Part shown: positions 55,227 through 64,000 of the stretch, one piece after another | Layout: each line of letters starts with the position of its first letter | Position numbering within the stretch: position 1 is the first letter of the stretch | Assembly (NCBI GenBank): GCA_965217775.1 | Contig: CBDCJH010000002.1 | Location: forward strand, 1,728,001 to 1,792,000 | Direction of reading: 5' to 3' | Length of the DNA: 64,000 nucleotides | From: Acidobacteriota bacterium | Lineage (GTDB): Bacteria; Acidobacteriota; UBA6911; RPQK01; JAJDTT01 | Program-made: the position numbers and the translations under genes | The notes under the pieces: generated by a model | Seen by the model: only the letters and a program-made list of their open reading frames with translations | Database searches by the model: none | What the model was told of the DNA's origin: nothing

Positions 55227-56753
55227 TTAGCGTCTCCAAGCGAACCAGCGGGACAGGACTCGCCGCGCCCGGGGAGTGAGCCGGGTTCGGTTGTACGCAT
55301 CGCCGACCTGTTTGATGGCCTCGGCCTGCGTCGGATACGGGTGGATCACCTGGGAGAGGGTCCCGAGGCCCAGCCCGGCGACCATGGCCAGCGTGATCTC
55401 GTTGATCATCTCACCGGCGTGCCGGGCGACCACGGTGGCGCCGAGAATCTTGTCGGTCCCCTTCTCCACCAGGACGCTGACCATACCCTCTTCCTCACCA
55501 TCGGTGATCGCCCGGTCCACTTCCGCGAATTCCCGTAGGTAGAGATCGTATTCGATCCCCTGGCGAGAAGCCTCCCTGGAGTTCAGGCCCACATGGGCCA
55601 CTTCCGGGTCGGTGTAGGTGCACCAGGGGATGGTGAGGGTGCTGGCCTTCTTCCGTCCCATGAAGAGAGCGTTCTGGATGACGATTCGAGCCAGGGCATC
55701 GGCGGCGTGGGTGAACTTGTACCGGGAGCAGACGTCCCCGGCAGCGTAGATCCGTTTGTTGCTGGTCTGGAGCTGATCGTTCACCAGGACGCCGCGGCGC
55801 CGGTCGTAATCGACGCCGGCCGCATCCAGGCCCAGTCCCTCCACGTTGGGAGCCCGCCCGGCGGCCACCAGGACCGCGTCGACGGAGACCTGCCGAGTCT
55901 GCCCGTTGCACTTGAGATGAACCTGTTTCTCACCTGCCCGGCTCTCCACTCGAAACACTCTCGAATCGAGGAAGAGTTCGATCCCTTCCCGGCGAAACGC
56001 GTCCTGGACCCTGCGGCCGGCTTCCGCGTCTTCCCGGTCCAGGATCTGCGGATGGCACTGGAAAACGGAAACCCGGGATCCGAAGCGCCCAAACGCCTGG
56101 GCCATTTCGCACCCGATGGGACCGCCGCCGATGACTCCCAACCGCGGGGGCAGCTCAGTCAAGGAGAACAACGTCTCGTTGGTGAGATAGCCGGCTTCCG
56201 CCAGACCCTCGATGGGTGGCGCCGCCGCCCGGCCGCCGGTGGCGATCACCGCCCGCGCGAAGCGCAATGTCTGCCCTCCCACCTGAACCGTATCCCGGCT
56301 CACGAAACGAGCTGCTCCCAGAAAAACGTCCACGCCGAGCTTCCGGAAACGCTCGGCCGAGTCGTGTTCGGCGATCCCGGTGCGCAGCCGGCGCATGCGC
56401 TCCATGACGGATCCGAAGTCCACTTCCTTGGCAACGGAAACGTCGACGCCGAAAGCGCCCGCATCGCGGGCATCGGCGACGGCCCGCGAGGACCGGATCA
56501 GAGCCTTGGAGGGAACGCACCCCACGTTGAGGCAGTCGCCTCCCAACAGGTGCTTCTCGATCAGGGCACAGCGGGCTCCGAGCCCGGTGGCTCCAGCCGC
56601 CGAAACCAGCCCCGCGGTTCCGCCTCCGATGGCCACCAGGTTGTAGCGGCCCGCCGGCTCGGGGTTGGTCCAATCCCCCGGATGGACCCGGGAGACCAGG
56701 AGCCGGTTATGAGAATCCATGGGTAGAACTTCAACGGATTTCGATTCAGGCAT
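55227..56753 (-). CDS. Class I pyridine nucleotide-disulfide oxidoreductase (MerA-like / dihydrolipoamide dehydrogenase-like)
   Basis: GGGTAG, GGDCLNVGCVPSK, GGGPIG, HPYPTQAE; no C-terminal CC pair. Confidence 0.9.
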   Translation of the reverse strand: MPESKSVEVLPMDSHNRLLVSRVHPGDWTNPEPAGRYNLVAIGGGTAGLVSAAGATGLGARCALIEKHLLGGDCLNVGCVPSKALIRSSRAVADARDAGAFGVDVSVAKEVDFGSVMERMRRLRTGIAEHDSAERFRKLGVDVFLGAARFVSRDTVQVGGQTLRFARAVIATGGRAAAPPIEGLAEAGYLTNETLFSLTELPPRLGVIGGGPIGCEMAQAFGRFGSRVSVFQCHPQILDREDAEAGRRVQDAFRREGIELFLDSRVFRVESRAGEKQVHLKCNGQTRQVSVDAVLVAAGRAPNVEGLGLDAAGVDYDRRRGVLVNDQLQTSNKRIYAAGDVCSRYKFTHAADALARIVIQNALFMGRKKASTLTIPWCTYTDPEVAHVGLNSREASRQGIEYDLYLREFAEVDRAITDGEEEGMVSVLVEKGTDKILGATVVARHAGEMINEITLAMVAGLGLGTLSQVIHPYPTQAEAIKQVGDAYNRTRLTPRARRVLSRWFAWRR

Positions 56754-56804
56754 GACACGGTTCCATTGTTCGGATACGGATTGCTTAAGGTTCACCGCGA
56801 ACGG

Positions 56805-57518
56805 CTACGATACTCTCTTGTCCAGGGCCCGGCGGGCCAAGCGGGTCACGTAGACGGTCACTGCCACCGCCGCCAGAAGACCAACGATATAGAAAGCGAA
56901 TTCCTCCGGCGTCCGGGCTCGTCCCTCCTCTCCCAGCGTCGCGAGATCACCCGCCAGGGAACCGATATATACATAAAGTATTGTCCCGGGAAGCATGCCC
57001 AGCCAGGACGCCAACACGTAATGCCGAACCTTGACCTGAGTGATTCCAAACGCGTAGTTGAGCAGATTGAAGGGAAATACAGGCGACAGACGGGTCAATC
57101 CCACGATCTTCCAGCCTTCGCCTGCGACCGCTTCGTCGACGGCGGCGAATCGGGGGTAGGCCTGCATCTTTTCGGCTACCCAGTCGCGTGCCAGGTGGCG
57201 GCCGATCAGGAAGGACGCCGTCGCTCCCAAAGTCGACGAAACGGAGACCAGAACCGTCCCCCAGCCGAGGCCGAAGACGAAACCGGCCCCGAGAGTGAGT
57301 ATGAAACCCGGCAGAAAAAGGACCGTGGCCGCCACGTAGACCAAGAGAAAGGCCACCGGTCCCCAAGGACCCAGTTCGGAAACGGTGTGCAGAACCTCTC
57401 TGAGAAACGGTCCGATATCGTTCCGGATCACCAGCAGCCCGGCGACGACCAGCGCGGCCAACAGCAATTTCCACCACTGATTTCGTTTACCCGGCGGCGA
57501 GTCGTGTCGAGCCATCAC
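56805..57518 (-). CDS. TVP38/TMEM64 (DedA/VTT domain) membrane protein
   Basis: LPG.ILTLGAG..FG, STLGATASFLIGR, RLSPVFPFNLLNY. Confidence 0.9.
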   Translation of the reverse strand: MMARHDSPPGKRNQWWKLLLAALVVAGLLVIRNDIGPFLREVLHTVSELGPWGPVAFLLVYVAATVLFLPGFILTLGAGFVFGLGWGTVLVSVSSTLGATASFLIGRHLARDWVAEKMQAYPRFAAVDEAVAGEGWKIVGLTRLSPVFPFNLLNYAFGITQVKVRHYVLASWLGMLPGTILYVYIGSLAGDLATLGEEGRARTPEEFAFYIVGLLAAVAVTVYVTRLARRALDKRVS

Positions 57519-57531
57519 TTCCTTTCCTTAA

Positions 57532-57689
57532 CAGCCCGTGGCAAAAGTCATCACGGCATTCGACCGTCCCTGCATCCCGGCGGACGGCGTTGCTATCGGC
57601 TCACATACTCCCGGTATGCACCCGAATCGCGCCTTGTCCGGCGGGCGCAGGAACGGTCTCGGTGCTCGCGGGACTTTCACCACGGACTG
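57532..57689. mobile_element. MITE family A copy 2 (158 bp), TTAA target duplication; supplies the fdhD stop
   Basis: Same TIRs as copy 1; TTAA at 57528-57531 and 57690-57693. Confidence 0.9.
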
Positions 57690-58606
57690 TTAACTGCTTG
57701 AGCGGATTCCCAACTGATCCGCTCGCCGTGTGCGTAGACGTTATATCGGCCCGGACGCACGAAGCCCACCAGCGTCATCCCGAAGTCGCGGGCGAGTGCG
57801 ACGGCCAGGCTCGAGGGAGCACTCACCGCCACCACCATGGCGATTCCGGCCATCACCGCCTTCTGAAGGATCTCGAAGCTGGTCCGGCCGCTGACCATCA
57901 TCAGGCGGTCTTCCAACGGCAGCCGGCCTCCCAGAACCTCCCGGCCGATCAGCTTGTCGACAGCGTTGTGCCGGCCCACGTCCTCCCGCAGCGAGAGAAG
58001 ATTCCCGCCCGAATCGAACAAGCCGGCCGCGTGCAGGCCTCCCGTCTGCCGGAACACCTTCTGTCCGGCCCTCAACGTCGGACCCAGCCCTTCGATCACC
58101 CGGCTGTCCACCCGGGGCCGATCCGCCAGGATCTTCCGGGACGGATGGACCCGCAGAGTCTGGAGCGAAGCCTTTCCGCAGACACCGCAACTGGAGGTGG
58201 TGTAGAAGTGCCGGTCGAGTTGCGTGTCGTCGAATTCGACTCCAGGCCGCAGGTCGACCCGGATCCCGTTGTGAAGATCGCCCTCCGAATTCCTGGAAGG
58301 AAAGACTCCCTCGATGTCCTGCTGTTTGAGAATGATTCCCTCGGTGTAGAGGAATCCGCACGCCAACTCCCGGTCGTGACCTGGCGTGCGCATGGTGATG
58401 GAAAGGGTCTTCTCCAAGCGTCTCCCCTGAGAGTAGACTCCCAGGAGAATCTCCAGGGGCTCCTCGACCGCCACCAGATCCGACTCGAGCCGGGCCGATC
58501 CCTTCGCTACCTTTTGGACCTGAACGAACCGGACTCGGGCAGGAAGGGTCTTGGGGCTGTCCGCAAGCTGTAAGTCGGGGCCTCGGTTCGGGTCATCCAG
58601 ATGCAT
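57677..58606 (-). CDS. fdhD: Formate dehydrogenase accessory sulfurtransferase FdhD
   Basis: AVEEPL, TMRTPG.D.EL..GF, SSCGVCG, TGGLHAA, EDVGRHNAVDK, SAPSSLA. Confidence 0.94.
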   Translation of the reverse strand: MHLDDPNRGPDLQLADSPKTLPARVRFVQVQKVAKGSARLESDLVAVEEPLEILLGVYSQGRRLEKTLSITMRTPGHDRELACGFLYTEGIILKQQDIEGVFPSRNSEGDLHNGIRVDLRPGVEFDDTQLDRHFYTTSSCGVCGKASLQTLRVHPSRKILADRPRVDSRVIEGLGPTLRAGQKVFRQTGGLHAAGLFDSGGNLLSLREDVGRHNAVDKLIGREVLGGRLPLEDRLMMVSGRTSFEILQKAVMAGIAMVVAVSAPSSLAVALARDFGMTLVGFVRPGRYNVYAHGERISWESAQAVNSPW

Positions 58607-58760
58607 ATTTCGCTCACCAGCGCAATGCGCCTGTCACGCAATGGCAATTATCATAACAACCCTCGGCTTCATAGACTGTCCGAACGCCGCAGGATCGGCT
58701 GCGTTCGGCGGTCCGGCCCGCTCCAAACTCGAGTATCCATCAGACTGATAGACTCGGTGG

Positions 58761-59138
58761 ATGGTGGTGCGCTTGGACAAGTGGCTCCAAGTGGCCCGCG
58801 TCTTCAAGACTCGGAGCCAAGCCACCCGGGCCTGTGTTCGGGGAAGGGTCCGAGTGGGAGGTGTCGCGGCCAAGGCTCACCGGAAGGTTTCGGTGGACGA
58901 TCGCATCGAGGTCCGGCTCAAAGCCCGGACCCGGGTCTTGCTGGTCAAGGAACTCCGGAACAAGCCGGTCCCCAAAGCCCAGGCCCGCACCCTTTATGAA
59001 GATCTGAGCGTTGAGCCGCCCCGCCCCGCATTCGACCCGTACTCGGCAATACTGCCGCCCGAACGAATCGTCAAGGGTCGTCCCTCCAAGCGGGATCGAA
59101 GGCGCATCGACCGCTGGCGCCGAGACTCTTCTTCGTGA
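58761..59138 (+). CDS. hslR: Ribosome-associated heat shock protein Hsp15 (S4 domain)
   Basis: VRLDKWL..AR.FKTRSQA, GRPSKRDRR. Confidence 0.92.
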   Translation: MVVRLDKWLQVARVFKTRSQATRACVRGRVRVGGVAAKAHRKVSVDDRIEVRLKARTRVLLVKELRNKPVPKAQARTLYEDLSVEPPRPAFDPYSAILPPERIVKGRPSKRDRRRIDRWRRDSSS

Positions 59139-59140
59139 GT

Positions 59141-59770
59141 TCAGCCGGCCTGATAGACGAGGAGGTCTTTCCGTTCCGGTTCGTCCGGCTGCGGAATCCT
59201 GACCCGGGCGGCGTCCAGGTCCATGCTGGCGATATACGGCAGATTGCGGTATCGGTCCCGGTAGTCCAGACCGTATCCGATCAGGAATTCCGCACTGGCC
59301 TGAAACCCGGCGTACCGGATGGGAACCTCCACCAGTCGAAGATCTCGCCGGTCCAGCAGAGTGCATACCGTGATGGAGGCCGGTTTCCGCCGGGAGAGCA
59401 GCCCGAAAAGGGAATGGACCGTCAGCCCCGTGTCGATGATGTCCTCGACCAGCAGCAGGTGCCTTCCGGCGATCTCTCCCTGCAGGTCCTTGAGAATTCT
59501 GACCCGGTCTTGATCCCGCCCGGGGTGGTAACGGCTCACGGAAATAAAATCGAGACCGACGGGCGAGGGGATGCTCCGGATCAGGTCGCAGGTAAAGACG
59601 AAGGCGCCCTTCAGTATTCCAACGACCAACAGGTCCCTTCCCCGGTAGTCCGAATCGATTCGGCGCCCCAGTTCGCCCACCCGTCTCAGAATCGTAGCTT
59701 GGTCATAGACGATCTCCCTCACGACGGACAGGAACGACTCCTTTACCGTGGGCACGAGAGTCTTGCTCAT
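59141..59770 (-). CDS. hpt: Hypoxanthine phosphoribosyltransferase
   Basis: GILKGAFVF..DL, LLVEDIIDTGLT, FLIGYGLDY...RNLPYI. Confidence 0.94.
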   Translation of the reverse strand: MSKTLVPTVKESFLSVVREIVYDQATILRRVGELGRRIDSDYRGRDLLVVGILKGAFVFTCDLIRSIPSPVGLDFISVSRYHPGRDQDRVRILKDLQGEIAGRHLLLVEDIIDTGLTVHSLFGLLSRRKPASITVCTLLDRRDLRLVEVPIRYAGFQASAEFLIGYGLDYRDRYRNLPYIASMDLDAARVRIPQPDEPERKDLLVYQAG

Positions 59771-60120
59771 GCCAGGATTCCGAACTTGAAGAGGAGCTTC
59801 CGATAGTCCCGGCCGTAGAGAATCTTCAGCTTCACGTCGGGATACAACGCGCGCATCTGGCGTATTTTTCGGTTCTTCGGCGTGACCAGACTCTGTTTCA
59901 TGGTGGTCAGTTCCACATAGAGCTCGAACTGCGGAAGGTAGAAATCCGGCGTAAAACTCCGGATGACCCGGCCTTGGGCATCGCGGTGCAAAGGGAAACT
60001 GACCGGTTCGTAGCGCCACTCGATCCGGTAGAAGTCCAGAAAACGGGCGAAGTTGACCTCACTCTCGTGAGCAAAGTGAAGCTGTCGTACGGGGCGGCCT
60101 GCCTTGACCATGCTGGCCAC
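59767..60120 (-). CDS. Small PD-(D/E)xK nuclease-fold-like protein coupled to hpt
   Basis: HESEVNFARFLD..RIEWRYEP...FTPDFYLP..ELYVELTT; ATGA overlap with hpt. Confidence 0.75.
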   Translation of the reverse strand: MASMVKAGRPVRQLHFAHESEVNFARFLDFYRIEWRYEPVSFPLHRDAQGRVIRSFTPDFYLPQFELYVELTTMKQSLVTPKNRKIRQMRALYPDVKLKILYGRDYRKLLFKFGILA

Positions 60121-60157
60121 TTGTTTTTACCAGAATGCTCTGACGGGTCTTGGGATC

Positions 60158-63100
60158 TCAGTGTCCGGAAGAGGGCGGAACCGACGAAAGGAACGTCCGG
60201 CCGTTTCCGAACAGCTCCTGGGCGACCACTCGGCCCGGAGTCGACTCCAGGACCACGAATCCGCCCAGGAGACCTCGGGATTGAGGAACCAGGTTCTGGA
60301 TCAGGTCGGAGAATCTGGCTTTCGGCTCCAGCATTTTCCTGGCGGCCTCACCCTGCAGGGTTCCCTGCGAGTCGAATACCTTGAGGTTCACTTCCGTGGT
60401 GACGTCGCCCGGATTGAAGACCGCGATCCCCGTAAAGATAGGTGGCAACGTATCTCCGGGCTGGCGCTCACCGTTGGCCACCTGGCTGAAGACGGCCCGT
60501 CTGAGAGGCTCGGTCTGCAGCGTCAGGGCAGCCGCGTACTCTCCGCCGACGGGGTCTCCGAAAATGACGTCGCCGATCAATCCGGGTTGGGTGCTGTCGA
60601 CTTCGACGGAACCGACGAGTATGGATTGCGGCGGCACCTCGAGGGCGAAGATCTCCGACGCGTTCCCCCGAAAGCTCTCCTGGGGTGCGAGCCGAAGCCG
60701 GTAGGATCGGCCCAATCTGTTCCCGTCCGAGAGAAACGCAGCCAGCCGGACCTCCGTCTCCTCCTCCCCCGAGTTGATCAGCTTGATGCTGGTGAAATAC
60801 CCCCCGGCGTCTCCGGTCCCTTCCCCGCTCGCCAATTGGGCCGAGTAGAGCCTGCGTGCCTCGCCGGTTTCGGTTGCGTTGAGTCCCAGGACCGTATCTC
60901 CCAGCTCGATCAATTGGAACCCGACCACACCGGAACCCTGTGTGACCTCAACTTGGACGTGACCGTGGGAAACGCCCCCCAGGGAACCGAACAGGTCCGT
61001 AATCGACCCCGCCAGCCGGCTGTAGCCTGCGAGGGTGAAGGTTATCGGTCCCCCCATCGGAGCGCCGTCCGCTCCGTACAGGGTCAGGCGTACTTCAGTC
61101 GTTTGATCCGTGGTATTCGCCAGGGCCAGGGTCGTCCTCGCGGTCTGGTCGCTGCTTCCGGAAGGGAACGCCCCCGGACCTTCGAAGATCCGCGTGAAAT
61201 AGAGCAGCCGGGACCCGGAGGAGAACGCCACCGCTCCGTCCATCTTGGTGGAGGGTCCCGTGAGGCCGTTGCCGTAGAGGAAGAAGCCGGCCAGCTCGGG
61301 CGTCGAGGATCGTATCCGCATCCAGCCCTCACGACGTGCGTTCAGTTGGGCCTCGAAGAACTCCCGGCCCAGCCGCGCCAACTGTTGACCGGCCCCGACC
61401 TGACGGACGCTGGGGCTCAAGGGAAAGAGTGGATCACCGTCGTCCGAGAACACCTCCAGCGCCATGACGGCGTCGGTCTTGGAATCGTTGGTCACGGCGA
61501 AACCGCTGAAATCGTTCAGGTCCCCGCGATAGAACGGAAAGAGCAGCTCCCGGCCGGGAGCAGTGAAGAGGACCTGCCGCCCCGACAGATCAAAATCGAA
61601 TTCCGAGAAAACCTGGAAAAGACCTGACGGCCCGAACTCGTAAGCTACGGGGTCCTCGCTGAAGTCGACAGCCCGTGCCGAGGCACCGGAGCCGGGAGTG
61701 ATGCCCACGATGGCCTGGATATCCTCCGGGTCCGGCGTCACGTCCACCTCCCCGTAATCCAGGAGGATGTCGCCGTTGGAGAACAGGGTCACGGAAAAAT
61801 CATTTCCGGGACGGGTCCCCGCCAAGGTGAACTCCGGAACACCGTCCCAGATGAAGGTCAAAGACCCTGCGCCGGCCTCGGCCCGGACCTCGCCGCCGGC
61901 CTCCGGGTCCAGATCGCTGAAGAAAAGGGCGATACGTGGAGGCCCGGAGAGGAAGCGCCTTCGGCTTCGACTGACTCCGGGCTGACCGTCCCCGATCCCG
62001 AACGTCAGGTTCCCATCGCTGTTGACCACAACCTGGGTATAGGTGGTGCCAAAGAACGGGAAGGAGAATCCCTCCGGGAACTCGTAAATCATCTCGTCGT
62101 CGTCCTCGAGGAGCGAGAGCTGGTTGACTTCTTCGTTGGTCTGCAGATCGATTCCGGAGACCACCTCGCCCGCGGCGACCTCCACGACCACCTTCTCCGT
62201 CGGATCGTCCTCCGACGTTCCCGACTCACCGTCGCCGTTGTAGTAATCCTTGGGAAAATCGGAGAAACGGACATCGTAAGGACCCACGGAGCTGCCCTCC
62301 GTGAAATCCGGGTCCAGCGGTTCGATGAAGACCACGTAGGTCCCGGGCGGCAGACCCGGCAGTTGGTAGGCACCGTCGTCGGTGACCAGAAAATCGGAGA
62401 CCACACCAACCTGTTCACCCGGGACTTCCGTCAGGTTGCCTTCCGCGTCACGTTCTACTGCCGCGGCCACGACGTTGGCGCCAAGGACGGGGGCTCCGGT
62501 CCGCCTCAGCACCCGGCCCCGGATGGTTCCGGTCTCCGCGGCAAAGGACTCCTCCGGATAAAGCCAGGAGATCCAGATCGCATCGTCCCGCAACGGTTCA
62601 TCGGTGCCAAAGAACGTGCCCACGGGGTACATGACCGGAACCAAGGCGACATCCCCGAGATCGTCGCTTTCGAACCATTCCCTGCCCGCTTGGGTATGGT
62701 CCAGTCCCAAGAGGTGGCCGACCTCGTGCATGGTCGCACGGTAGAAAAAGTCCGGCTGGGATGCCGGACTCTTGCCGATCACGGTGTACCCAAACGAATA
62801 CTCCAGAGCTTCTTCGTCGACAAACCTGATAGCGGCAAACCCCAGAATGTTATCGGCGGCCCCCTCTCCCAGAATGCTGTTCGCGATCTCGCCGTCCTGA
62901 TCGAAGATGACGAGGTTCTCGCGGCGCTCACTCTGGAAATATTCGGAGAAGTTGGAGCCATCGACGTTCTCGTCCAAAAACCGGGGCTCGGGATTTTGAA
63001 CCTGGAGCGAGGAGGTCTCCACGTCCACCCAGGCCTGGAGCGCCTCGTGGACCCGCCTCCCCAGGTGGGCCCAGCGAGTTTCGGAAAACTCCTGATCGAT

Positions 63101-63268
63101 CAGGTACAGGACCGGCCTGTCGGTGTTCCACTTGAAAACCCGGCCTCCCGGGAGAACGTCTCGGGGACCGCCGCCGAAGAGGGATGATCCCAGCGCAATA
63201 ATCAGGCCAGTGACCAGGACGGCACCGAAAGCTGGAGCCGGGCGGGCATCGACGTCCCGGCTGTTCAT
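60158..63268 (-). CDS. Large exported matrixin-like (metzincin) metalloprotease with multiple beta-rich accessory domains
   Basis: HEVGHLLGLDH zinc motif and Met-turn PVMYP; carboxypeptidase-regulatory-like domain; NIDO-like segment (F.FPFFG..Y..V.VNSDGNLTF...IALFFSDLDP); repeated C-terminal modules. Confidence 0.85.
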   Translation of the reverse strand: MNSRDVDARPAPAFGAVLVTGLIIALGSSLFGGGPRDVLPGGRVFKWNTDRPVLYLIDQEFSETRWAHLGRRVHEALQAWVDVETSSLQVQNPEPRFLDENVDGSNFSEYFQSERRENLVIFDQDGEIANSILGEGAADNILGFAAIRFVDEEALEYSFGYTVIGKSPASQPDFFYRATMHEVGHLLGLDHTQAGREWFESDDLGDVALVPVMYPVGTFFGTDEPLRDDAIWISWLYPEESFAAETGTIRGRVLRRTGAPVLGANVVAAAVERDAEGNLTEVPGEQVGVVSDFLVTDDGAYQLPGLPPGTYVVFIEPLDPDFTEGSSVGPYDVRFSDFPKDYYNGDGESGTSEDDPTEKVVVEVAAGEVVSGIDLQTNEEVNQLSLLEDDDEMIYEFPEGFSFPFFGTTYTQVVVNSDGNLTFGIGDGQPGVSRSRRRFLSGPPRIALFFSDLDPEAGGEVRAEAGAGSLTFIWDGVPEFTLAGTRPGNDFSVTLFSNGDILLDYGEVDVTPDPEDIQAIVGITPGSGASARAVDFSEDPVAYEFGPSGLFQVFSEFDFDLSGRQVLFTAPGRELLFPFYRGDLNDFSGFAVTNDSKTDAVMALEVFSDDGDPLFPLSPSVRQVGAGQQLARLGREFFEAQLNARREGWMRIRSSTPELAGFFLYGNGLTGPSTKMDGAVAFSSGSRLLYFTRIFEGPGAFPSGSSDQTARTTLALANTTDQTTEVRLTLYGADGAPMGGPITFTLAGYSRLAGSITDLFGSLGGVSHGHVQVEVTQGSGVVGFQLIELGDTVLGLNATETGEARRLYSAQLASGEGTGDAGGYFTSIKLINSGEEETEVRLAAFLSDGNRLGRSYRLRLAPQESFRGNASEIFALEVPPQSILVGSVEVDSTQPGLIGDVIFGDPVGGEYAAALTLQTEPLRRAVFSQVANGERQPGDTLPPIFTGIAVFNPGDVTTEVNLKVFDSQGTLQGEAARKMLEPKARFSDLIQNLVPQSRGLLGGFVVLESTPGRVVAQELFGNGRTFLSSVPPSSGH

Positions 63269-63957
63269 CTTGAGGTGGGCTCCTGCTTCGTCCAATAGCG
63301 GTCGATTCTACGAACCACCGACTCGAACCGATCCAACGAGATCGGCGCTCCAGGCCGCAATGCCGCCTGTTCTTGGGAGTTGAGAGTCGAACCGCGAATC
63401 TGCAGTGGACTCGCACGATGCAGGAGATTGGCGTTTCCCACCCGATTCAGTACGGTCCGGCCCTCTCGGCCACCCTTTCCGACCCGGAACATGCCCTGGG
63501 CCAAGCCTACGGGACTGGTGAGACCCAACCGGCTGTCAGGATAGAGGAACAGGAGGATTTCCTGGCCCTGGGAAAACTCGGGCAGACCCCGGATGGCTCC
63601 GGTCGCACCGCCGCTCAATTGCCGAAACCGGATAGACTCCCCGGTGTGCGCTCCCTTGATCCCACGAAGGACTTCGAAGGTGTAGGCCGTGACCGGTAGA
63701 CCGGTGGAGGGTTCCCGTCCCGGCTCGGTCTGGAGACACCTGCCCCAGAAGATGCGGTCTGCGGCGCGGACCATTTCGAAAAGATTGATGCGATCGACGC
63801 TCGCGGCTCCAAGCCCGGAAAACCAAAGCAGGAGAATGGCGGTGATCCAGCAGACCGACAGAACCAGAGTTCGAGCCCGCCTGACGCGAACCGACCCTCG
63901 AATCGGACCTGCCGCCACTATCTTGTTTCGGACGTTTCCATTTCCTATGCTGACCAT
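63265..63957 (-). CDS. Hypothetical exported protein, possible TIMP/NTR-like OB fold
   Basis: Signal/TM segment, ADRIFWGRC...TAYTFEVLRGIKG...F..GQEILLFL; ATGA overlap with the protease. Confidence 0.7.
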   Translation of the reverse strand: MVSIGNGNVRNKIVAAGPIRGSVRVRRARTLVLSVCWITAILLLWFSGLGAASVDRINLFEMVRAADRIFWGRCLQTEPGREPSTGLPVTAYTFEVLRGIKGAHTGESIRFRQLSGGATGAIRGLPEFSQGQEILLFLYPDSRLGLTSPVGLAQGMFRVGKGGREGRTVLNRVGNANLLHRASPLQIRGSTLNSQEQAALRPGAPISLDRFESVVRRIDRYWTKQEPTSR

Positions 63958-64000
63958 GTCGCTTGTCCTGATTCCGTCCCGCTTCGCCCAATTCCATACC

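Noticed and set aside
50532-55538. Very long plus-strand ORFs (994 aa at 50532-53516 and 650 aa at 53586-55538), and similar ones such as 45912-47912, 20265-22103 and 16408-18054
   Set aside because: Antisense shadows of well-supported minus-strand genes in high-GC DNA; no recognisable motifs
55227-56753. Mercuric reductase (merA) call
   Set aside because: Lacks the C-terminal Cys-Cys pair and the NmerA domain; no mer operon genes nearby

Overview
GC-rich bacterial chromosomal window, most consistent with an Acidobacteriota genome (Pal with an extra Ig-like domain, Gly-rich TolA/TonB-like protein, large exported metalloproteins); this placement is inference. Housekeeping genes include tolR-tolA-tolB-pal-cpoB, ssb, htrA-like, tsaB, mutS, tsaC, trmH-like, rarA, dacB, rnhA, hslR, hpt and fdhD. 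Three accessory systems stand out. (1) A nine-gene corrinoid-dependent methyl-transfer cluster (14893-22396, minus) pairs a methanogen MtaA-like Zn-thiol methyltransferase with an AcsE-like methyl-THF methyltransferase, a corrinoid protein, a RACo activator, MetVF and two unknown Cys/His proteins, but has no MT1. (2) A Tat-exported molybdenum hydroxylase operon has an FAD subunit lacking most PaoB 4Fe-4S ligands, followed by a coupled 5-Cys miniprotein and two exported proteins. (3) A porin-CuA cupredoxin-diheme protein operon lies behind a sigma70 promoter overlapped by a DtxR/MntR-like palindrome. Outside the ORF track I found a 30-aa bS22/AURKAIP1-like basic protein, two families of ~158-bp MITEs with 4-bp target duplications that rewrite gene 3' ends, and several apparently leaderless genes. 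I recognised no tRNA, rRNA, CRISPR array or transposase.
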